From an uncultured Bacteroidales bacterium (GTDB taxonomy: Bacteria; Bacteroidota; Bacteroidia; Bacteroidales; UBA7960): 64,000 bases of DNA. The notes under the pieces are model-generated. The model did no database searches. It was not told the origin of the DNA and saw only the letters and a program-made list of their open reading frames with translations. A program made the translations under genes and the position numbers. Positions 35,412 through 43,590 of this stretch are shown one piece after another. Positions within the stretch are counted from its first letter, which is position 1. Every line of letters starts with the position of its first letter. Where the stretch lies: positions 25,622 through 89,621 of the forward strand of contig CAZPVB010000001.1 in NCBI GenBank assembly GCA_964589855.1, written 5' to 3'.

Positions 35412-37559
35412 ATGCACAAAAGAAAAGAGATACCTTTCGAAAAATACAATTTCCGGAGAAAACAATTCAAGGCCAAAGATCTCCCCTATTTAATGGGAAA
35501 TAATGAGATGGGAGGATTGGCGCATTTGTCAGGACTGGGATTTGAGAAACTATTCTTTACAGATGTTTGGGATACTGAAAAATCAAGAATGGGACTACCC
35601 GGACCGCTATTGATCCACGAAAATATTAATCCTGGTGATATGGAAACCGGAGACTTCGAAAATGAACTGACATTAAAGGAAGGAATACTAACCACCCAAG
35701 TGACCTTGAATGATCAAACCGGATACAAATCCGAGATTTTTTTCTCCAAATCCAACCGCCACCTTCTGTGCATGAAAATCACACCAAAGCCAGGGATGAA
35801 GGGTGAATGGAAGCTGGTTTTACCCGGCAGGGATTTCATATTGAAGCCCCATTCAAAAGGGTTGAAGGGAGAGCACACACAAACTGAATCATTCTCTGAA
35901 ATATCATGGGCAATCAGTTCCAATAGTGAACTAAGCGTTGATCCGGATAACACCGTTAAACTCCATGCAGGTCAGAATGAAGACATTGAGTTGTATTACA
36001 GCGTTACAACCCAATTTGATGGCGATAACTTTACCTTCCAGTCGGAAGATTATGTTAATAATTGCGGCGGGTTCGATGCATTGAAGCAGGAACTGATCCA
36101 TTTTTCTGAAAAAGAATTTAGGTCGATTGCATCCATCATCTTGCCCGAAGGAGAACATGCGAAATGGTTTTACCGGGCAATTTTTGCATTGTATAACACC
36201 AGCGGGGCAAAACACTTTTTGCCCGCCGAGTTACAATTCTCAAAACCAAGTCCACATTGGAACGGACACCCCTTTACATACGGACAGGGAGGATGGGGAG
36301 TTTTTGCCTTCACTTTTCTGGGTGCTTTTGATAAGGCGGAAAACATGGCGAAATGGCATTATAATCCTGAGGTACTCAAAGAAAATGTGCACCGGATGTT
36401 TCCTGACAAAGGTGAAATTGATGTATATTTTAAGGATGAATACAAAGGAAAACATCATTACATTGATGACAATGAAAAAAATGCCATTTCATTTGGACAT
36501 GAACTTACAGCGGAGGGTTACAACATTCCTATATCCCATACCCTTGGCAAATACACCATGCACTGGGATTGGCAAATGCATTTAAATTCATTTGCAGCCT
36601 CTTTCTTCCACACGCTAAGCAGATATGCAAATAAACCTGAATTAAAGAAAACTCTCTCCTACCCTGTACTGAAAGGAACTGCAGAATTGTGGTGTGCATT
36701 GCTGAATTGGGATGAAGAAAGAAAATTCTGGTACTTGCCACCCTTGCTGTCTGTATCAGAGAATATTCTTGAAAAATCTGTATTGGATGCCATCATCGGA
36801 GCCCGATGGAACCTGCTTGTTGCAGCAAGTTATGCCCGAAATCTGCATCAGGATCTGGTTTTGGCAGAAAAGTGGACCAATGTAGCGGATAATATCTACA
36901 TACCTGAAAATGATACTAATTATCTTGAATACCTGGATGATGATGAAAAAAGAGAAGGGGGAGGATATTTTGGTATAAGAGCTCCAATGGCACTGGCATT
37001 TCCATACCTTGAGGCACTTGAGAAAATCGACAGACAAAAAGCAAGAATTACGCTTGACAAGGCATGGAAAAGGAATAAAGAAGGTCATGGTATGATTGCC
37101 TATGTCGCCAACTGGTTTGCCCTTACTGAGTCATACCTGGGTTACAACGACAAGGCATACCAAATGGCCTCTTTAATATTCAAAAATGTGGATCCGTCTG
37201 ATGCCGCCATTTGCGAGGCATACGAGTACGAGGACAATGACAATAAAAAGGGCGACTGGATACCCAAATTCCCCTATTACCTTACCGGATACAGTGCATT
37301 TATCTGTTCCACCATTTCGTTTCTTATTCAATCATTTAACGGTCAGATCAGAGTTTTTCCCTGTTTGCCCAAACATTGGAAAGATATTGAGATATACGAT
37401 CTGCCCTGCGAGAGTGGATTTACGGTATCAGCCGAATTAAAGGATGGAAAGGTGAAGTGGATAGAGATTAAAAAAGATCATAAAATAATATTGGAAACAA
37501 ATTCACATAAAACTTTTAAAATCAATGAAAACAAAGAAATTGAAATTCATGAAGAATAA
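35412..37559 (+). CDS. Putative (alpha/alpha)6-barrel glycoside hydrolase, distantly GH95-like (tentative); no signal peptide
   Basis: 715 aa. The N-terminal MGNNEMGGLAHLSG recalls the GNG.(L/M)G motif of GH95. The C-terminal QIRVFPCLPKHWKDIEIYDLPCESGFTVSAELKDGKV resembles the (I/L)LPALP..W..G...GL.ARGGF.V....DGK ending of GH95/GH65-type enzymes. The family assignment is not secure. Confidence 0.45.
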   Translation: MHKRKEIPFEKYNFRRKQFKAKDLPYLMGNNEMGGLAHLSGLGFEKLFFTDVWDTEKSRMGLPGPLLIHENINPGDMETGDFENELTLKEGILTTQVTLNDQTGYKSEIFFSKSNRHLLCMKITPKPGMKGEWKLVLPGRDFILKPHSKGLKGEHTQTESFSEISWAISSNSELSVDPDNTVKLHAGQNEDIELYYSVTTQFDGDNFTFQSEDYVNNCGGFDALKQELIHFSEKEFRSIASIILPEGEHAKWFYRAIFALYNTSGAKHFLPAELQFSKPSPHWNGHPFTYGQGGWGVFAFTFLGAFDKAENMAKWHYNPEVLKENVHRMFPDKGEIDVYFKDEYKGKHHYIDDNEKNAISFGHELTAEGYNIPISHTLGKYTMHWDWQMHLNSFAASFFHTLSRYANKPELKKTLSYPVLKGTAELWCALLNWDEERKFWYLPPLLSVSENILEKSVLDAIIGARWNLLVAASYARNLHQDLVLAEKWTNVADNIYIPENDTNYLEYLDDDEKREGGGYFGIRAPMALAFPYLEALEKIDRQKARITLDKAWKRNKEGHGMIAYVANWFALTESYLGYNDKAYQMASLIFKNVDPSDAAICEAYEYEDNDNKKGDWIPKFPYYLTGYSAFICSTISFLIQSFNGQIRVFPCLPKHWKDIEIYDLPCESGFTVSAELKDGKVKWIEIKKDHKIILETNSHKTFKINENKEIEIHEE

Positions 37560-39021
37560 AAGTATTCAAATGACAACATTGGCAGTGTTTGTTACTGTGG
37601 GGTTCTTATTGCTGCAATCCTGCAACAACACGGGTTATCAGGTTACAGAATGGCGTCAGAGTACCGACAGTGAACGGTGGGTACAACAGGATTGGAATGC
37701 CGGATCGAATGAAGAAAGTACCAAAGTGTTTCACATCGATACCATGCGTAAACAACAGGTGGTGGATGGATTCGGTGCCTGTTTCAACGAACTGGGTTGG
37801 GATGCATTGAGTGTACTCGACAAAACAGAACGGGAAGCCATCATTGAAGAATTATTTTCCACAGAAAAAGAGGAGGGGGTAAAATTCACCATTTGTCGTA
37901 TGCCCATTGGTGCCAACGACTTCGCACGCGATTTTTATTCGTTGAATGACACTCCCGGAGATTTTGCAATGGAAAATTTCAATGTGGAGCGTGATAAAAC
38001 AAGTCTGATACCCTACATTAAAAGCGCCATGGTTTACAATCCTGATCTGAAGGTATGGGGTTCACCATGGAGTCCGCCGGCATGGATGAAATCCAATAAC
38101 CACTACGCCTGCAGAAGTGCCCCGGTGAATGACCTTCCTGAAGACAGACAGGGAGAAGAAAACGTTACACAATTTATTATGGAACCGGAATACCTGGATG
38201 CTTATGCGCTCTATTTTTCTAAATACATTGACACCTATGCAGCGGAAGGCATACCCATTTATGCTGTACATGTGCAGAACGAACCCAATTCATGCCAGAA
38301 CTTCCCCAGCTGCATCTGGGCTGCTCCTGACCTGGGCAGATTCATTGCCGGACATTTAGGACCTTACTTCAAAGAGAACCACCCCGACGTGGAAATTTGG
38401 CTGGGCACCATTGAACGACCCGACATTGACAGGGTGGCGACAGTACTGCAAAACAACAATGCAAGTCAGTATATCAACGGTGTGGGGTTTCAGTGGGCAG
38501 GCAAGGGTGCCATACCTTTTGTAAACCTTGCATACCCCCATCTTAAACTGATGCAAACAGAAACGGAATGTGGAAACGGATGGTTGCCATGGCATGAAAA
38601 TGCTCAAAATGACTGGGAAGCCCTTGAATATACCTTCCACCTGATGGAGCACTATTTTCATCATGGCGCCAACTCTTACCTTTATTGGAACATTGTGTTG
38701 GATGAAACCGGCAAAAGTACCTGGAGCTGGAAACAAAACTCCATGATCACCATCAACTCCGAAACTGCCGAAGTAACCTATAATCCGGAGTTTTACCTGA
38801 TGAAACATTTCAGTCATTATATTGAACCCGGCGCAGTAAAACTGGATGTACCCAACAACGGTCAGTTACTCGTTTTTCAAAATCCGGACAGCAGCGTAGT
38901 TTTGCAGTATTATAATGAGACGAAAAATGAAGAGCAGGTTACTTTCCAACTGGGCGATAAAGAGTACACTTTCAACCTTGAACCCAAATCGCTCAATACC
39001 ATAACATTGGCAAAAAAATAA
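37525..39021 (+). CDS. GH30-family glycoside hydrolase (glucosylceramidase-like), lipoprotein
   Basis: 498 aa. An alternative start at 37549 gives MKNKSIQMTTLAVFVTVGFLLLQSC. Family-typical segments are VDGFGACFNELGW, CRMPIGANDF and WGSPWSPPAWMK. The acid/base motif is AVHVQNEPN and the nucleophile region is LMQTETECG. Confidence 0.85.
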   Translation: MKTKKLKFMKNKSIQMTTLAVFVTVGFLLLQSCNNTGYQVTEWRQSTDSERWVQQDWNAGSNEESTKVFHIDTMRKQQVVDGFGACFNELGWDALSVLDKTEREAIIEELFSTEKEEGVKFTICRMPIGANDFARDFYSLNDTPGDFAMENFNVERDKTSLIPYIKSAMVYNPDLKVWGSPWSPPAWMKSNNHYACRSAPVNDLPEDRQGEENVTQFIMEPEYLDAYALYFSKYIDTYAAEGIPIYAVHVQNEPNSCQNFPSCIWAAPDLGRFIAGHLGPYFKENHPDVEIWLGTIERPDIDRVATVLQNNNASQYINGVGFQWAGKGAIPFVNLAYPHLKLMQTETECGNGWLPWHENAQNDWEALEYTFHLMEHYFHHGANSYLYWNIVLDETGKSTWSWKQNSMITINSETAEVTYNPEFYLMKHFSHYIEPGAVKLDVPNNGQLLVFQNPDSSVVLQYYNETKNEEQVTFQLGDKEYTFNLEPKSLNTITLAKK

Positions 39022-39047
39022 ATCCACTTGAGTAACCACAAATTCGA

Positions 39048-39078
39048 AACCTTCTGCTTAATCAATAAGCAGAAGGTT
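39048..39078 (+). terminator. Strong hairpin terminator after the GH30 gene
   Basis: The 13-bp perfect stem is AACCTTCTGCTTA / TAAGCAGAAGGTT with loop ATCAA, followed by ATTTATCTT. It starts 27 nt after the stop. Confidence 0.75.
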
Positions 39079-39174
39079 ATTTATCTTCAACGGGATTCAA
39101 AAGTTAAACTGATTGAAATATCATTTAACTTTAAAAAACATTCATAACAAATAAATAATTAAAAATCTTTTTTT

Positions 39175-39600
39175 ATGTTGAAAAACATTCCTGAAATTCT
39201 CACACCAGACTTACTGAAAATACTGGATGAAATGGGACATGGTGACGAGATCGTACTGGCGGATGCCAATTTTCCTGCTGCAAGCAATGCAAATAAACTC
39301 ATCGTTTACAGAGGAGTTGGAATTATTCCCATCCTGAAAGGAATTTTGGAGTTGCTTCCGCTGGATACCTATGTTCCCACTCCTGCCAAACTGATGCAAC
39401 CGGTGCGCGAAAAAGAACAACCACCAGCCATATGGCAGGAGTACAAAACAATTATTCAGGAGCAACATTCACCTTTTAATGATTTTGAACTGATTGAACG
39501 GTTTGATTTCTATCAACACGGCCGTAATGCCTATGCCATCGTTGCCACAGCAGAAAAAACAGGATATGCCAACATCATATTAAAAAAGGGGGGAGTATAA
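39175..39600 (+). CDS. fucU: L-fucose mutarotase (RbsD/FucU family)
   Basis: 141 aa. [35 protein letters not shown]...[21 protein letters not shown] is collinear with E. coli FucU ([35 protein letters not shown]...[21 protein letters not shown]). Confidence 0.9.
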   Translation: [141 protein letters not shown]

Positions 39601-39628
39601 AAAACAATTATAAACCCATAACTATAAG

Positions 39629-39769
39629 GTGAAACCGATCCCTGACAAAGTTTTTGACACACATGCACATGATTATAATACGCGACATGTAAAAAACATG
39701 CAGTCAGAGTGCTGGCGAGCTCCATCTGACCTATTTAATCAAATTACCAACAAATGAATATCTTTGTAT
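39629..39769 (+). repeat. Conserved ~135-nt intergenic element, copy C (sense on + strand)
   Basis: It aligns by eye with the reverse complements of 46542-46672 and 55775-55907. The shared blocks are GAA(A)CCGA.CC.TGACA-N7-T(G/T)ACAC, ATGATTATAAT, TGGC(C/G)AGC(T/A)CCAT(C/T)TG and TTAATCAAATTA..AACA(A/G)AT(G/C)AA. Confidence 0.8.
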
Positions 39770-39776
39770 AATACCA
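39769..39776 (+). promoter_or_regulatory. Candidate -7 promoter box TATCTTTG directly 3' of element copy C
   Basis: It is a perfect match to TAnnTTTG and ends 11 nt before the ATG at 39787. Confidence 0.35.
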
Positions 39777-39786
39777 GAATCAGTCT

Positions 39787-41616
39787 ATGAAACCTTTTAT
39801 TCTAACCGTCGCTTGTGTATTTTTATGTTGTTCCGTTCATTCCAGTGAATGGACTTCGCAGGTAAAGTTACCTGACGGGACTAATTTTTCTTTTTGGAAA
39901 GATTCAACACAGTATAGTAGAACATATTATGTAGACATTAACCACCCTGAGGCATCAGATAAAAATCCCGGCACCCGGGCTCTACCCTTTGAAACTATCC
40001 GGAAGGCATCTCAAACAGTTCGACCGGGAGAGGAAATTGTTATTCGAGGTGGGGAGTACAGAGAACCCATTCGCCCTGAACAAGAAGGCACTTCCCCACA
40101 TAAAATGATCCGGTACCGTTCTTATCCTGGTGAAGAGGTGGTTATTAAAGGTTCAATTGAAATTAACCCCAGGTGGGTTCTTTCCAAAGCACCCAATAAT
40201 AAACCTCTCTCATTTAAACTTTGGCAATGCGATCTGAGAGAGATATTTGCAGATATGGAAATAGAAAATTTCTTATTACCCAACGCTACAGATTATGAAA
40301 TGGAACTGATGCATTGGGCTACTGATTGGAAAAACCATCCTCCTTTCACCCTGCCAAGAGGTATGCTTTTCCAGGATGGGCAAAGAATGGTACAAATGGT
40401 ATCATACTTTGATCTATCAAAAGTGCCAGGTTCTTTTTGGGTGGATACACTCCATCAACGGCTGCATATTCATCCATTTAATCAGGATAAACCTTCCCTT
40501 GCTGACTTTGAAATAACGCGTTTTGAACAACTTGTTTATCCTGTTAACGAAAGGATGGGGTATATAGTTATTCAGGGTATCCATTTTAAGCATGCAGGTA
40601 ATGGTTTTGCCAGGACAAATACCGGAGCGGTTAATCTAAGATCAGGTCATCACTGGATTATTGAAAACTGCCTTGTTAGCCAGGTAAATTCTGTAGCTAT
40701 TGAGATTGGTGCAAGAATACGGGAACGGGCCGAAACAAGTGAAGAAGAAAAAGGGTGGATTGACAACCATCCGGGTGGGAACCAGGTTATAGGTTGCCAT
40801 ATAAATGATTGCGGTACCGGTGGAATACAAGGACATTCAAATAACCAGGCTTTACTGGCAAACAACCATATTCATAATATTGGATGGCAACATGTTGAAA
40901 TTTACTATGAATGTGCAGCTATAAAACTGCTCAGAACGAACCAAACACTCGTGATTCAAAACCGGATACATGATGTAACGGATGCCAATGCCATATGGCT
41001 GGATTGGGATAATGAAAATTCCCGTGTCACAAGAAATATTATCTACAATGTATCAAAGACCTTCAATGGTGGGATTTTTATCGAAGCTTCGCGTACTCCC
41101 AACATCATCGATCACAATATTCTCTATAAAGTAAAGGGATTCTCCATCAATTTGGGAGATACGGATCATGCTTTGGTTTTTCATAATCTTGTTATGAACG
41201 GAGAAGTGCCCTTAGCCAGTCATGTAATTACGGAAAGAACGTTGCACGGTAAGAAAATGACCAGCCGTAATAATCAAATCAAAAACAACATCTTTTACCA
41301 GAACCAGCAAATGCCCAGGATTGACAATAAGGATAATATTTGCAATTACAATCTCTACCAAACCATGGATTCAGTTTTTGATAAATGGCAACAGAAAGGT
41401 TGGGATACTGAGGGCCATATTCAGGATTTTACAATTCATTCATCTCCACAAATGAATATACTCTCAATTAAACAGATCACTCCCTGGAAAACAGTCCAGC
41501 CAATTACTTTACTTGGATCAGATTATTTCTATAACCCCAGACCTGATGAAAATGTGAGCCCGGGACCATTTGAAAAAAAATTTTTCCATTCAACAACGTT
41601 TCGTCTTATGGATTGA
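39787..41616 (+). CDS. Secreted parallel beta-helix protein, distant member of the 292/31097 family
   Basis: 609 aa with a signal peptide (MKPFILTVACVFLCCSVHS). The N-terminus YYVDINHPEASDKNPGTRALPFETIRKASQTVRPGEEIVIRGGEYRE is beta-helix-like. It shares a signature with the other family members: YECAAIKLL (versus AHDAAGIK), DANAIWLDWDNENSRVTRNII (versus HAIWFDWDNKDYVIKNSLI) and GGIFIEASRTPN (versus GIMLEGSRKPG). Confidence 0.75.
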   Translation: MKPFILTVACVFLCCSVHSSEWTSQVKLPDGTNFSFWKDSTQYSRTYYVDINHPEASDKNPGTRALPFETIRKASQTVRPGEEIVIRGGEYREPIRPEQEGTSPHKMIRYRSYPGEEVVIKGSIEINPRWVLSKAPNNKPLSFKLWQCDLREIFADMEIENFLLPNATDYEMELMHWATDWKNHPPFTLPRGMLFQDGQRMVQMVSYFDLSKVPGSFWVDTLHQRLHIHPFNQDKPSLADFEITRFEQLVYPVNERMGYIVIQGIHFKHAGNGFARTNTGAVNLRSGHHWIIENCLVSQVNSVAIEIGARIRERAETSEEEKGWIDNHPGGNQVIGCHINDCGTGGIQGHSNNQALLANNHIHNIGWQHVEIYYECAAIKLLRTNQTLVIQNRIHDVTDANAIWLDWDNENSRVTRNIIYNVSKTFNGGIFIEASRTPNIIDHNILYKVKGFSINLGDTDHALVFHNLVMNGEVPLASHVITERTLHGKKMTSRNNQIKNNIFYQNQQMPRIDNKDNICNYNLYQTMDSVFDKWQQKGWDTEGHIQDFTIHSSPQMNILSIKQITPWKTVQPITLLGSDYFYNPRPDENVSPGPFEKKFFHSTTFRLMD

Positions 41617-42063
41617 TAATTGCGACTGGCAATGATGATAATGGGGTGAAATTTGAGCACAACCCAAATGCCATGCCCTTTCCACCTCAGAAATCTCAAA
41701 ATGGTGCATCCTATACAGACGTATTAAACATAACATTTTAAAAATCAAATGTTTGAGTGTTTTTCATCAGAGCCTGCTTAACCATTGAGAGGAATCGATG
41801 AAGTCGGGCTCATAGAACATTGGGCTTTTTAAAATACCTAATGATGGAACCAATAACTGTGTTAATTACTTAAAACCCTATTGCCACACGCTATATTCAT
41901 CCCGTCAAACCCGACTCCCTTAAACCTGATGGTCTGCTAATTCTCAAAATTCACCTTGAAAAAAATTATTGTGCATTTTCAGTTCCCCTTTAAAGTTTTG
42001 CAGCTTTATCAAGTTTTCAGGGCTGGAATGCAACCAACTGTTCCAAAAAGAAAACCCCTGCCA

Positions 42064-43572
42064 TCACGCAAAAAAAATCATCTCCTCTTTATCACGAGGG
42101 GCCGAACCTTCAAAATTATCCTGGCGAATATCATGAAAATTCTCTGCCCATAAGGTGTGCTTGAAGAAACGGTGCATGCTCTCATCTTCCCAGGTAATAT
42201 TGGCATTCCGAATCTGAACTCCTTTGACATGCTTCAGGAAAACAGCAGGAATATCATGTGCAAAAATGGTCTTTTCGGGATCAAGAAATGGACGAAGATC
42301 AAAATTACCACCGTAGGTCTCCTGGATTTTTCCATTGCGAATGGTTAGGTTTAATCCATCGATAATGACATCAGATATTACACTTTCTGCAGATCCATAT
42401 ATAAGAATTCCATTCTCGCTGATGGCATTTATATTGTAAAAACGAATGTTTTTTATGGTACCCAGCTTCTTCTCCAATTTTGCACTCTGGCTAACGGAAA
42501 TATAAATAGGTTCAGCATTACCCCACCAATCGCCGGAATGAAGACGGGTTTCTATGGAAATATTCGAAAAAAAAATATTCTCAAGAGACCTATCCTGGTT
42601 TACAAACAAACCAACACCCCGGTTGGAATCACGGATTATTATATTATTAAAAGAATAATTCTTCAGTTCATTTTGGTCAACCCCACATCCTGATACCACT
42701 TGAGCGGGTTTGAAGCAAACAGTTACTTACTGCAACATTACGGGAGGTATGGCGTATATCGCGGAATCCTGGATGACCATGATGCACACTATAACCTGAG
42801 AAAGCAAGAGCATCATCGCCCCCCTGATGTTGCAGTTCGAGATCACAACATTGCTGGATGAAGTAATGTTTAATCCGTCCGCATTTGCCATTTCTATATT
42901 ATTACGAATCTTAATACCTGTAATAACAACTCCTTCTCCATCAGCAATGTGAAGGGCCCAAAATGGGGTGTCTTTAAGCGTAATGTTTTCTATATGCAAA
43001 TTTTCGGGTTGCGAAAACTATAACATTTGCTGGGGACGTTTATCCTCGAATGGTACAACCGGCCCATCCTGAATACCAAGGGAAGGATCATGATAATCCA
43101 TCCCCTGCCGGGTGTATTTTTTAATCTCACCGGGTAATTCCTTCACTACATCATGAAACACATATGCTCTTCCATTTCCATCTATAGTGCCACGCCCGGT
43201 AATAGAAACGTTTCAATATTAACTGAAAACAATATCCCGGCAACAGCTGAACCGGTTTGATCAGAACCAATAACATTATCGATGTCCCAGTAATAATCAT
43301 CCAGATTGGGTGAACCTTTAAGTACGGCCCCATTTTGCAGATGCAAGTTAATGTGAGAACGCAAATGAATGGTGCCTGTAAAAAAAACAGCAGGAGGTAT
43401 TATTACGGTTCCCCCGTCCTTTTTGTCCACTTCATCAATAGCTTTTTGAATGGATTCTGTGTTTAATGTTTGACCATCCGCGACGGCCTCATGTTCAGTA
43501 ATTAAAGTTTTTGATTCTGAAGCTTCTATGGAATAGCAAAATCCCCAAAAAAGAATAAGAAAAAATTTTCAT
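42064..43572 (-). pseudogene. GH28-like (polygalacturonase-superfamily) pseudogene, with at least 4 frameshifts and 1 in-frame stop
   Basis: I reconstructed the gene across frames. The pieces in order are the signal peptide (M)KFFLILFWGFCYSIEA, TEHEAVADGQTLNTESIQKAIDEVDKKDGGTVIIPPAVFFTGTIHLRSHINLHLQNGAVLKGS, NVSITGRGTIDGNG, RPQQML*FSQPENLHIENITLKDTPFWALHI, NADGLNITSSSNVVISNCNIRG(G)DDALAF, SGIRMW and VDQNELKNYSFNNIIIRDSNRGVGL. The ORF track shows only fragments: 43182-43430, 42727-42999 and 42064-42699. Confidence 0.8.
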
Positions 43573-43590
43573 GATAATTTTTGTTTAGAG

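Noticed and set aside
41617-42063. 447-nt gap after the 609-aa beta-helix gene, checked for a further element copy, gene remnant or RNA gene
   Set aside because: It has no similarity to the repeat element, no convincing ORF remnant in any frame and no tRNA-like or strong hairpin structure. It is probably just the 3' regions of two convergent genes.
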